A stretch of DNA of 64,000 bases. Source: a virus. Each line of letters opens with the position of its first letter. Position 1 is the first letter of the stretch. Both the position numbers and the translations under genes were made by a program. The stretch lies in the IMG/VR virus record IMGVR_UViG_3300029906_000004, positions 18,176-82,175 of that record; one strand, written 5' to 3'. The notes beneath the pieces are model-generated. The model saw nothing but the letters and a program-made list of their open reading frames with translations, did no database searches and had not been told where the DNA came from. This document shows, piece by piece, positions 36,262 through 45,619 of this stretch.

Positions 36262-36354
36262 GGACTGTAAAAGGAACGAATTGTTTTTAAGATTATCTAT
36301 AAATGTATAGAACATTTACATCTAGTTCTATACTAACTTATTGATAATCAAAAG

Positions 36355-36870
36355 TTAATCTTCAAAAAGATGAATAGCAATTGGTATAGATCCCCCACCA
36401 AGATCTACATAAGCTACGCCATCACCTTTTCGTTTGCAAGTTCCACGTTGCTGTGGTTCTTCATCAATCAATTTAAGTTTGTTCAACTTGTAATCGCCTT
36501 CTGTTACACCTAGAAATGCGTACATTACAAATCGATCAATTACACTCTCGTAATCCTGTTTTTCAATAGCATTACGAATTACTTCTTCTGTAAGCAATTT
36601 AGTTAAACCACTACCTTTCGGTAAGTAGTTATTAAACGCTTTTACCATGCGAATACAAACTGTTTCAAAGTCTTTTGTGACGGTATCATTAAAAAGCCAA
36701 TTCCACCAATGCTTCTTAGTTCTACCAAAAGTAATAGACCCATCATCATTTACTCTAATAGACTCTGGTATTTCATCATTAGTAAGGACAATAGAATTAA
36801 TTCTCTTATCTTGTAATAATAACGCAAACAGTTTCTTCTTAGGCTCTGATATTAATTGAATCTTTGCCAT
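36355..36870 (-). CDS. Hypothetical protein
   Basis: 171-aa ORF. Confidence 0.7.
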   Translation of the reverse strand: MAKIQLISEPKKKLFALLLQDKRINSIVLTNDEIPESIRVNDDGSITFGRTKKHWWNWLFNDTVTKDFETVCIRMVKAFNNYLPKGSGLTKLLTEEVIRNAIEKQDYESVIDRFVMYAFLGVTEGDYKLNKLKLIDEEPQQRGTCKRKGDGVAYVDLGGGSIPIAIHLFED

Positions 36871-36881
36871 TGTTTAAAGTA

Positions 36882-37439
36882 TTAAGACTGGATATCTTTA
36901 CCCAATTCTTCATAATACCGTTCATTTGCATCAGCCTGCAGCTTGTTAAGATCATTAAGCATCTTAGACAAGGATAACATTTCTTCTGCAACATCATCAC
37001 ACTTCTGTGCTTCAAGAGCATTCAGACGATTTACCTGATCGGTAAGAGTATTGCAATCCCGGAAGAAAATAGGAGTACGACCTACCTCTTTCTTCTCATT
37101 GAACTGAATAGCTTCCTTGATCTTGTCCATTGTCACTTCGCAGAACTTCGCCGGAACAAGCTTGAACTGCAAGGACGGATCATTATTCAGCTCAATTAAC
37201 AATGTAGAATTGTCTGGAGCAACAATAAGCCGAGTAGAGATAATCTCAATCGACTCAATGAAATACTTCATAATTGGCTTGACAAGCCGTAATGGGTTAT
37301 TGTTCTTAATCTTATCGTTGTACTGCAAATCTGCAGGTTCACACTTTACGGTAAAAAGTTTCTTACCGAGAATACCCCAAGTCTCAATAGTTGCCCGATA
37401 CCGACCGATCAGAGCAGGATCAATAGTCTTTGTTTCCAT
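36882..37439 (-). CDS. Hypothetical protein
   Basis: 185-aa ORF. Confidence 0.7.
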   Translation of the reverse strand: METKTIDPALIGRYRATIETWGILGKKLFTVKCEPADLQYNDKIKNNNPLRLVKPIMKYFIESIEIISTRLIVAPDNSTLLIELNNDPSLQFKLVPAKFCEVTMDKIKEAIQFNEKKEVGRTPIFFRDCNTLTDQVNRLNALEAQKCDDVAEEMLSLSKMLNDLNKLQADANERYYEELGKDIQS

Positions 37440-37444
37440 ACTTA

Positions 37445-39470
37445 TTTCTTTTTTGATTTTACAATTGATTTTGTTTGACGAAAAAGTTGGCAGTATTACC
37501 CTTACATGTATCCTGTTCTAATCTTTTAGAACCGCTTTAAAAAGCTTTGAAAGAGGATAGTTTAATTCAATAAACTAGGTAATACTCGCTAATTTTAAAT
37601 TATGATAATGTCTGTAAAAATACGAAAATTGTGTTGTAATATAATGAAACTCACTACTAGATTGTACGATATTTCGTACTCAGCATTCCCCGTAGGACTT
37701 TACTCATTAGACAGATGAGTCAACTGTTCTTCGTTTATTCATTTCTATTACGATAAAATCTGAAATACTTATAGTTATTGTCATATTAGACAGTGCAGAT
37801 TCAACACAGTGATGCTGCACGCACCTTGCCGTACCTTATATCGCGATTAGATGCAATATAAAGAGTCTATCATCAGGACACGATAATCCCTACAGACATA
37901 TAAGCTTACGACACTAATGTGAAGGTTTTTCCCTGTTGAGGAAATTACTAAAGCTCTAATATTCAGAGTCGTGTAATTCTTCCCACGCCTACTCTGCGTA
38001 AATTCACTTCCTGCATTGCGATAAATCCAGGGTTACTATGTAATACATGGTATTTCCAACCATTCAACAGCTATTCCCTAATGAGAGGAATCATAATTGC
38101 CGTCTCAGCGATCACTTAACATATTATGTTGCGCATAATACTTTAGGCGTTTCTTATGTAGCGTATTCTATAATAGCGGGGTGGCTCATATGCTTACGAA
38201 CATACTACCATTGAACTTCCCAATTGTTTTTAAATAGTTAAACATTAATTTACACTCACCTTATTTGTTATAGCTGTTCGTTTCAGCGTAGGTAAACTGA
38301 GCAAATTGTCTTACATTCCGCACTTCTCCAGATCAGGCTGCAATACTCAGGCACTATGTGTCTACCCCTTCAAACCAATTACTTTCATAATACGCTGGAA
38401 TGCGTATACAATTGTAATCCGAGTCTTAGTTAAAGATACTTTGCTTACTTTGACTGAGTTTTATGGGTGGCCTCAGTCCCACCTTTTTGCGTTTCCCATT
38501 TATACACTTATACTAATCATGTATAAAACTATATGTAGACTTTTCGCGGTCTTTATACGCTAGTTAGTTTATGTCCTGGTACAAAGTACGCTAGGTTTAT
38601 AGTAACATTACTAACAAGTTACTTTGTTATATAGTAAACTTCATTTCATTATGCTTCTATAAGAAACACTGTATTAGTTGCAAATACAATCGAAATGTAT
38701 TGCAAGCTGTAAGACACCTAATTTACTTCACAGCTGCTAACTCTAACGTTCACAGCATTAGGCACAAGCTCTACTCTTGCTCCAGTTAATCTGTCATAAA
38801 GCTTATAAACAACATAAGGTCTTTATGGATCATAGCTACTCAGCCATGTCTTGCTTCAATTTCTGCTAATTACTATATAACTTCCTCCTTCATATTACTC
38901 TATTTAAGATTTTGCCCTCCAATCGACAAATTCCCATTCCCAATTGAATCATACACTTATCTACAATATAAGCTTTTAAATAAAGTAAGAACACTAAGGT
39001 AGTATTTCTTTAGCCCAACGGATTGGTTACCGTCCAAACAAGGACGCTTTGGACACGCCCTAGATGCTAGTCGATCTAAAATAAAACATATTACTGGCCT
39101 GGAACGGCACGTGTTTGCATCCTCTTTTGATTTTGCCAGTGATACGACTTAACGGATGCATAAAGAGGTGAACGATACCCCTTCGTATTGTTTGTCTATA
39201 CTCTCTGCTCAGGTATAGTACGCGTCTTTGATTACTTATAATATCGCCAAACGGTTCTCATATTCATAAGGTCATGGGTCATACACGCTCTCCCATTTTC
39301 TTACTAACTTTTCAGCTATATGGTAACTTTATAGCATAGTAAGTTATCATGATATATTTATAGATATTAGTGGTAGCTAATTCTATAACATTTCATCATC
39401 CTGTGTTACCTACGTTACACGGCTTAGTTGGGCTCAAGCAACGAATATCAGTTTATAGCTCTTATATACC
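37445..39470 (-). other. ~2-kb ORF-free, hairpin-rich region; candidate large ncRNA(s)
   Basis: No credible ORF on either strand; many short stems read by eye. Confidence 0.45.
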
Positions 39471-39482
39471 GCTCTACTAATT

Positions 39483-39851
39483 CTAGTTGCGGTCTGCGTT
39501 TATCTTCGGCAGAGTAAGAGGAGCAATATGTTTCAAAAGCTTATGATTGTTAATAAGATCTGGCTTATATATAATCTCTCTTACTTTCTTTTCTATGTAC
39601 ATAGGAACTTCTTTAATTTCTCTCTGTACATTTACTGTAGCATTCTCAGTGTTTCCACTGATTGATACTTGATCTTTCTGTAAATCAATGCTAATAGTCT
39701 TAGGTAAAGACACGTCTGTCTTGGGTACGTCTACCCACCTAATCATAACAGGATTTGCATTCAGATTCTGACTATTGTTATTTACATAACCGATAGTCCC
39801 ACCTATAACTATTGCTAGAGTTATAGCTAACATTTTACTTATCTTCCACAT
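39483..39851 (-). CDS. Membrane-anchored/secreted hypothetical protein
   Basis: Hydrophobic N-terminus. Ends at TAG under code 11; under code 15 it extends to TAA at 39462-39464. Confidence 0.65.
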   Translation of the reverse strand: MWKISKMLAITLAIVIGGTIGYVNNNSQNLNANPVMIRWVDVPKTDVSLPKTISIDLQKDQVSISGNTENATVNVQREIKEVPMYIEKKVREIIYKPDLINNHKLLKHIAPLTLPKINADRN

Positions 39852-39856
39852 ATTGA

Positions 39857-41218
39857 TTATGCAGTATATGCACTCTTGTCAACATACTTAGACAATCGTG
39901 CAATAGGTTTAACATAATACTTCACAATGTCGTTGAGCTTGTCCTTCAGTAAGTTGTCGGAATCACCGTAAACACATACGAGACTCTTACGAATTGCAGC
40001 AGTATTTACTGCAACTTTGTCCTTGCTGTTTGGATAATCTACTACGACTTGTTCTTTCTTGTTTAGAATTGCATCAATAACTTCAGATGCGCAGCCAGCT
40101 GCGATATCGCGTGTTACCAATGCTAATCCGTTGTCCAAAGATAACTGTTTGCCAGTCTTTTCCTTCCAATCCTTCTGATTGGATTCTTCCTTGTAAGATA
40201 AGCAGACTTGCGCAATTTCTGCTATCTCTTGATCGGAATAGTTAGGCAACCACTGGTGCAAAATAGCATGAGCTCCAAAGATAGAATGATCATTGTTCAG
40301 CTTTCCTCTGACCATACCGGTGAGACCGTTAGTTAAAGTAGTTCGCATATCGTTAGATAACAAACTTGCTAATACAACAGATTTTCTTTCATCTTTTCCA
40401 AATCCAAATGCGATCTTACCCCAGTCAAGACCTTTCTGAATATTGTTTCCAATACCCTTACCAGTCTGAGAGAAGATTGCGCGAAGCGTTTTAAGCTTCA
40501 TGTCTTTCGACATATTTACATCAGGTTCTGGAATTTCAGGAACTTCATCCTTTGCTTTTAAGTCTTTCTTTACTTGTTCTTTAACTTCTGGAGTCATAGA
40601 CTCTGAAAAGTTAATAGTTAATTGATTCGGATCACTACTCGGTAATGCTTTCAAACCAATACCAAACATATTACGAGCAAGCTGTTCCATCTGAACAAAT
40701 TGCTCTTTATTTACTTTTACTCCAAGCTGTTGAAGATCGTTTTCAAGCTGAGCATTGTAGAACATGAGCTCTACCATTGCCATAGCATCAAACTGTTTCT
40801 TCATAGCTCTACCTAGTTCTGGAGTAGTTGCTGGATTAGTAACATATTCACCGTGGATCATTTTCATCAAGTCAACAGCGTGATTATGATCAAGACGATC
40901 ACCATTTGCAAGCTTATTCAAGCCTGCAGAAATACTGGGTACTGGAGTTTCATCTTCTTTCTTCTTTTCAGACTCCACTACTTCTGGAGTAATGGGTTCC
41001 TCATTCTTTACTACGGGAGCTTCATCTTCCTTCTTTACAGGCTCTTCAGGAGTCTTTACTGGTTCCTGTACTTGAGGAGGATATTCTCCTTCTTTCTTTG
41101 CTTGTTCTACTACTTCTGCTTCAATAGTTTCTACTTTCTCTTTTTGGTCTTTTGTAATTGTTGCTGTTTTAGTTGCAAGAGTCCTCTTGGGCTCTTTAGT
41201 TTTAGTTTTCTTTGCCAT
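39857..41218 (-). CDS. Hypothetical protein with acidic low-complexity N-terminus
   Basis: 453-aa ORF. Confidence 0.8.
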   Translation of the reverse strand: MAKKTKTKEPKRTLATKTATITKDQKEKVETIEAEVVEQAKKEGEYPPQVQEPVKTPEEPVKKEDEAPVVKNEEPITPEVVESEKKKEDETPVPSISAGLNKLANGDRLDHNHAVDLMKMIHGEYVTNPATTPELGRAMKKQFDAMAMVELMFYNAQLENDLQQLGVKVNKEQFVQMEQLARNMFGIGLKALPSSDPNQLTINFSESMTPEVKEQVKKDLKAKDEVPEIPEPDVNMSKDMKLKTLRAIFSQTGKGIGNNIQKGLDWGKIAFGFGKDERKSVVLASLLSNDMRTTLTNGLTGMVRGKLNNDHSIFGAHAILHQWLPNYSDQEIAEIAQVCLSYKEESNQKDWKEKTGKQLSLDNGLALVTRDIAAGCASEVIDAILNKKEQVVVDYPNSKDKVAVNTAAIRKSLVCVYGDSDNLLKDKLNDIVKYYVKPIARLSKYVDKSAYTA

Positions 41219-41286
41219 TTTTGATAAATGTTTAAATTGTTAAATACTAGGTTAAATAAATCACTATAACTGAGTTAAAAACTCAT

Positions 41287-41631
41287 TCATGAGTCATCTA
41301 TATAACCAACTTCTATTCTCACTGTAGGTTCTCCTTCTACATCAGTTTCTACACTGTCACGTGCTGTCATTTCCTTACTCACAGGATCCGGACAGGCTGC
41401 AGTATCAATCTTATAAAGATTAATACTATCCTGTGTGGGAACAGCTTCTGTAGAAACTACTGTAGCTTTCTCAGGAGTTGAAGCAATTGCTTGCTTCAAT
41501 CCTGCACCTACAAGCGCACTCACTGCTAAGATGGCCATCAGTCGAGTGAATGCTTTAGCATCCTTCATAAGTCTCGCAATAACGAACATTACTACAGCTG
41601 CCAATAACATCAGTAAGATACTTTCTGTCAT
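41287..41631 (-). CDS. Two-TM membrane protein
   Basis: Two hydrophobic N-terminal segments. Confidence 0.65.
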   Translation of the reverse strand: MTESILLMLLAAVVMFVIARLMKDAKAFTRLMAILAVSALVGAGLKQAIASTPEKATVVSTEAVPTQDSINLYKIDTAACPDPVSKEMTARDSVETDVEGEPTVRIEVGYIDDS

Positions 41632-41648
41632 AATTTGTAAGTGATTGG

Positions 41649-42200
41649 TTAGTAGTTCTCTTTGACTAATTGTTTTAATCTTCGTCTTGCTTTATTGAGG
41701 TCTGTTCTTACAGTTGCCTCAGGTATAGCAAGCGTTTCAGCTATTTGCTGATAACTCTTTCCTTCTATTCTCATATTTAGCATATCTCTATATTTTTTCT
41801 TTAATAGATTTATGCATTTTAATGTTATATCTACTTCTTGTTTGTAAATATAATCATCTTCAGGACTATATTCTCGTCCATCTAATTGAATAGTAGATTC
41901 GTCATCATCAATATAGCTATTTAATTGTTCCTTCTTATTTCTCCGTATATAATCTATTGCTGTGTTTAAAGTAATAGTCTTTAACCACATTTCAAAAGAT
42001 ATATGCTGAGTATAAGTATCAAGCTTTGTAAATGCTTTTGTAAATACCATAGACACAATGTCGTCTGCAACATCGATATTTTTGACAATCTTAAAAGCTG
42101 TCCACCATATCGTTTCTTTATACGTGTAATACAATTCATTAAAAGCTTTTTCGGAACCTTGTCTAGCTTGCTCTACTAAAAGTTTTACTTCTTCTTTCAT
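41649..42200 (-). CDS. ECF (sigma-24-like) RNA polymerase sigma factor
   Basis: Region 2 (LVEQARQGSEKAFNELY...WLKTITLNTAIDYIRR) and region 4 (GKSYQQIAETLAIPEATVRTDLNKARRRL). Confidence 0.88.
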   Translation of the reverse strand: MKEEVKLLVEQARQGSEKAFNELYYTYKETIWWTAFKIVKNIDVADDIVSMVFTKAFTKLDTYTQHISFEMWLKTITLNTAIDYIRRNKKEQLNSYIDDDESTIQLDGREYSPEDDYIYKQEVDITLKCINLLKKKYRDMLNMRIEGKSYQQIAETLAIPEATVRTDLNKARRRLKQLVKENY

Positions 42201-42265
42201 AACAGCTAGATTTTAGTGAGTAGTAGTGAACCCAATCACTACTACCCTTAGTTGCATTACTTTAG

Positions 42266-42733
42266 TTAAAAAGGTAATACATTCTCTATATACCATTGAT
42301 TTAAAAGGACTTTTCTATTCCAATAAAGTTCCTTTATCCAGTTAGCCCATGCCATTTTATGTTCTGCAGGTACTATTGGTAATGCGTATATAAAGTTAAC
42401 ATTTATCCTTAATTGGACAAGTTCACGGTTATTGTTTGCAAATTCCGCAGTATCTATAATTTCATTAAAGAAATTATCTAGTCTTTTCCAAAGATTCCAA
42501 ATGTTATTTCTTAAGTTGATTTGATATTCAACTGAATGAGGCAGACCTAATAAGATTCTACCGTCTAAATTCGTGCGAAAAAAACCATATTCTAGATTGT
42601 TTTCTTTAAAAGTTCCTGTACAGTATATTTCTCCATCTTTTATAAAAGGATGGCATCTACCTGTAGTAATGAGAGGTACTGAACCCTTAAATCTAGAATA
42701 ATCAGATTTATCTATGCATTCTGCGGCTGTCAT
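42266..42733 (-). CDS. Hypothetical protein
   Basis: 155-aa ORF. Confidence 0.65.
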   Translation of the reverse strand: MTAAECIDKSDYSRFKGSVPLITTGRCHPFIKDGEIYCTGTFKENNLEYGFFRTNLDGRILLGLPHSVEYQINLRNNIWNLWKRLDNFFNEIIDTAEFANNNRELVQLRINVNFIYALPIVPAEHKMAWANWIKELYWNRKVLLNQWYIENVLPF

Positions 42734-43182
42734 AATCTCGTTCTTATTCTGATTTTAGATTCAACTTGTCGAATGATAATATCAGCTTGAGATTTACTGT
42801 AGCCTTTACCAATGATTACGGCTTGCATCTTAACAATATACTTGTCGGGATACATAATACGTAAATCTTGATAACGATCGATGAGATCCTCCAACTCTTC
42901 CTCTTCTAAGTCTGTGGACTTATTAGATTCTTTCATTGGATCTTGTTTAATTGCGTCAGATACTGCTGGTAAATCGAAGATATAATTCTTCGGATTCATG
43001 AGAATATCTTGAATAATATAAGAATCTTGGTCTAGTTTCGTTATTGTACCATCTTTCTCCATATCATTCAATAATACTCCACTAACAATATCTAGCATAG
43101 GAGCTTCACCTGTAACTTTAATAAGTACAGATACATTTTTACCGTTGGCTATGTATAAGCCAGCTTTTTTTAATTCTAACAT
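42730..43182 (-). CDS. Hypothetical protein
   Basis: 150-aa ORF. Confidence 0.65.
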   Translation of the reverse strand: MLELKKAGLYIANGKNVSVLIKVTGEAPMLDIVSGVLLNDMEKDGTITKLDQDSYIIQDILMNPKNYIFDLPAVSDAIKQDPMKESNKSTDLEEEELEDLIDRYQDLRIMYPDKYIVKMQAVIIGKGYSKSQADIIIRQVESKIRIRTRL

Positions 43183-43185
43183 ACT

Positions 43186-43368
43186 TTAATCTTTTTGATA
43201 AAAATTGTTTGCTACTACATCAGCATCTGCTAGAGTTAATTTGTACTTATCTCTTACAGCTCTGAGAAAATCCATTTTAGAGTTACTAGCTTTCGCTAGC
43301 TCTTTCACTTCTTGTATGAGTCCTTGTTTATTAAACTTAACCCATTGTACGATTTCAATGTCTTTCAT
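43186..43368 (-). CDS. Small hypothetical protein
   Basis: 60-aa ORF, operon packing. Confidence 0.55.
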   Translation of the reverse strand: MKDIEIVQWVKFNKQGLIQEVKELAKASNSKMDFLRAVRDKYKLTLADADVVANNFYQKD

Positions 43369-43670
43369 TTTAACTGTTCTAATCTATCTAAGTATTCATG
43401 ATAGATATTAGACCAAAAACTATAACCTTCTTTAGTTTCCTCCCAAAGAAAAGCATCTACAATATTTTTATTGTTTCTTGCTAATTCTCTTACTTTTCTT
43501 TGATATTCTAAAGTATTCATTCTTCTTGTTTTAAGAAGACTATTTGCACGAGTTATAACTACTTTATATGCATATTCTACATAATTTGTTAAAACTCTAT
43601 GCTTTCTTAGAACATCCTCTAATGGTTGAGGAATATTCTCTTTAATAATAAAGCGTATTCCTTTTGCCAT
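43365..43670 (-). CDS. Hypothetical protein (F-x-W-x-x-T-x-E-G-Y-x-F-W family)
   Basis: Shares this motif with 46302-46598. Confidence 0.6.
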   Translation of the reverse strand: MAKGIRFIIKENIPQPLEDVLRKHRVLTNYVEYAYKVVITRANSLLKTRRMNTLEYQRKVRELARNNKNIVDAFLWEETKEGYSFWSNIYHEYLDRLEQLK

Positions 43671-43672
43671 AA

Positions 43673-43933
43673 TTAGTTAGGTTTAAACATTGAATGCCAA
43701 GTTAGACCATTCTGCCCAATAGCAGTATCTTCTACATCATTAGGTAGACTCTTGAATCTATTACCTGCAGCTTCTATAGCACGTATGGCTACGTTTAGTA
43801 TGTCTTTTAAATACCAGGATCTGCAATAATGATCTCTAAATCTTCGTAGATTCGTGTGCATACCAGTAAGAGACATAATAATTTCATTACGCCTCTGAGC
43901 TTGAATCTGTTTTATTGTTCTTTTTTTGTGCAT
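43673..43933 (-). CDS. Hypothetical protein
   Basis: 86-aa ORF. Confidence 0.55.
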   Translation of the reverse strand: MHKKRTIKQIQAQRRNEIIMSLTGMHTNLRRFRDHYCRSWYLKDILNVAIRAIEAAGNRFKSLPNDVEDTAIGQNGLTWHSMFKPN

Positions 43934-43963
43934 AATTTTGATAATTAACGTTAATAATCTATT

Positions 43964-44008
43964 TGTAGTGTGGGAGGACTTGAACCTCCCTGTATGCCGT
44001 TACACTCC
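43964..44008 (-). ncRNA. Mini tRNA-like element (acceptor stem plus T-arm only)
   Basis: GGAGTGT/ACACTAC (6 of 7 pairs), GGGAGG-TTCAAGT-CCTCCC T-arm, A discriminator, short linker replacing the D and anticodon arms. Confidence 0.6.
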
Positions 44009-44312
44009 AGCTTTCTACGACATTAGCTTAGCCGTTCAGTCTATACTCACGCTACGCGAGAATAGTCTGTAACATAAGTTGTATTGCCACTTATTCGCAT
44101 TCTTAGCCTATTCATTACTGTGTCTGCGGATCAATACCTGTTAGGCCCTCGTAGAAGCCATTTTAAGGCGATTCTAGACACTTTCATTATCATCTAATAG
44201 GAATGTATTACTTTGTGTCTAAAATGTTTTAAACGGCTTAAAATGAGTGGACCTAGGTCGACTTGAACGACCGTCTCCTTCAGGCATATAATGACCTAAC
44301 AGCTAATTTCTC
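44009..44312 (-). ncRNA. ssrA: Circularly permuted two-piece tmRNA: acceptor piece ~44312-44248, intervening segment 44247-44149, coding piece 44148-~44009; tag (A)GNTTYVTDYSRVA
   Basis: GGGCCTA pairs with TAGGTCC-A giving a G3:U70 pair and A73. GAC-GGTCG-TTCAAGT-CGACC T-arm. Inter-piece helices TCC/GGA, TAATGA/TCATTA, GCTAA/TTAGC. AATAAGT-GGC resume context; the tag stop codon lies in a hairpin. Confidence 0.8.
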
Positions 44313-44477
44313 TTAAAAAGGAGTAGAAATTAATCTACTCCTTGGGGTTGACCACCTAGTAGTATAAATCGTGTCCATAGAGCTCTGGCGGAGGCTCTTG
44401 GACTACTACTGTTTTGTTGTCAGCAAACTGACATACATCACAATGAGTTTTATCACATTGTGACGGACAATCGTTCT

Positions 44478-44657
44478 TCATACGATTGCGTTTTGTGTCT
44501 TTGATCTTTTCTTTGTTTGGTAATCTACACATCTTTTAAAGTTCTGGCGATTATAAGCGTCCATCTTGTGGTGCTTAATCTTTTTCTTACTTTGATATTC
44601 TGCAGCTAGTTTAGCTTGTTTAGAGCCATAATATGACTCTTTATAAGTCTTTCCCAT
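44478..44657 (-). CDS. Small basic hypothetical protein (59 aa)
   Basis: MGKTYKESYYGSKQAK...; ATG overlaps the upstream stop. Below the track cutoff. Confidence 0.5.
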   Translation of the reverse strand: MGKTYKESYYGSKQAKLAAEYQSKKKIKHHKMDAYNRQNFKRCVDYQTKKRSKTQNAIV

Positions 44658-45067
44658 TACAAAGTTTCACTAAGCGCAAGCGCTGTTCTACAAATTGAAA
44701 TGAATTCCTGTCCACCGGCATCCTTTAATGCATTAAGTTCACGTCCAGATTTTGGTCCGAATGCGAGTACTTCAAGGATTGGTCTTTCAATGGTTTTCTT
44801 TACTACTAATTCGTAGAATTTGCTTCTGTCTTCTACTCTGTGAACAATATCACCACAGGTTTCCATGATTTTCTGTACAGCTTGAATGAATTCACTTTTT
44901 TCCTTTCTGCTAATGAACAAAGGCTCATTTTCAGGGGGACAAATGTCGTTCTTCTCAAGAATAGTACATTTTACATTTACGCCAAGATTCTCAGCAATAT
45001 TAGCCATAGCTTCAATGATCTCTTCGTTACCTACTTGATTAGGTAAACCAAATACAATTACTTTCAT
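44657..45067 (-). CDS. Hypothetical protein
   Basis: 136-aa ORF. Confidence 0.65.
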   Translation of the reverse strand: MKVIVFGLPNQVGNEEIIEAMANIAENLGVNVKCTILEKNDICPPENEPLFISRKEKSEFIQAVQKIMETCGDIVHRVEDRSKFYELVVKKTIERPILEVLAFGPKSGRELNALKDAGGQEFISICRTALALSETL

Positions 45068-45079
45068 TTTCTTTTTAGT

Positions 45080-45310
45080 TTATTTATTAAACAATTGAAT
45101 TAATATATCTTCATAGTTATCTTCTGTAAGAAGATAAGAAGAATCTCCACAATATATACATCCGCGACCATCCTCCATTTGTATAATGGTGGTGATAGAT
45201 TCTTTTTTTATTGCGGCAGGAAATGGTTTAAATTCATCATTTACTGCATTAAAAAAGAAAAAATCATTTTTGTTCATTATGATACTTATGTTTATGATAG
45301 TATACACCAC
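45080..45310 (-). CDS. Small hypothetical protein
   Basis: ORF; the true start may be the internal MNKND. Confidence 0.5.
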   Translation of the reverse strand: MVYTIINISIIMNKNDFFFFNAVNDEFKPFPAAIKKESITTIIQMEDGRGCIYCGDSSYLLTEDNYEDILIQLFNK

Positions 45311-45437
45311 AACGAGTACAGAAAGTTCTACCTTCTATAGGTTCATCGATTTTACCTTTTGCATTGAATATACTCTGCCATTTATGACCGAATATCATAC
45401 AATACATACTTTTGATAGTTCTTTTTAATTTGTTCAT
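45264..45437 (-). CDS. Small Cys/His protein (DUF1660-like)
   Basis: CMIFGHKW...CTRCG motif, 57 aa. Confidence 0.55.
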   Translation of the reverse strand: MNKLKRTIKSMYCMIFGHKWQSIFNAKGKIDEPIEGRTFCTRCGVYYHKHKYHNEQK

Positions 45438-45619
45438 TTTAATACGTATTAAAAGTTAATTAATTAAGGACGACCTGCTTACTCAGGATTTGTTTGTTAG
45501 GTTAGTAAGAACCGCTTTTGAATAAACCAGGATAACAACTTCTACATAACAGAAAAATATGGCAATCGCATAGTTTTAACTCATAAGCAGGATTGCGGCC
45601 AAGCTTTCCTTATTGGAGT

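Noticed and set aside
37620-37880. Hammerhead-like CTAATGA...GAAA and CTGATGA strings
   Set aside because: Stems I-III cannot be closed around the core; simple hairpins explain the sequence better.
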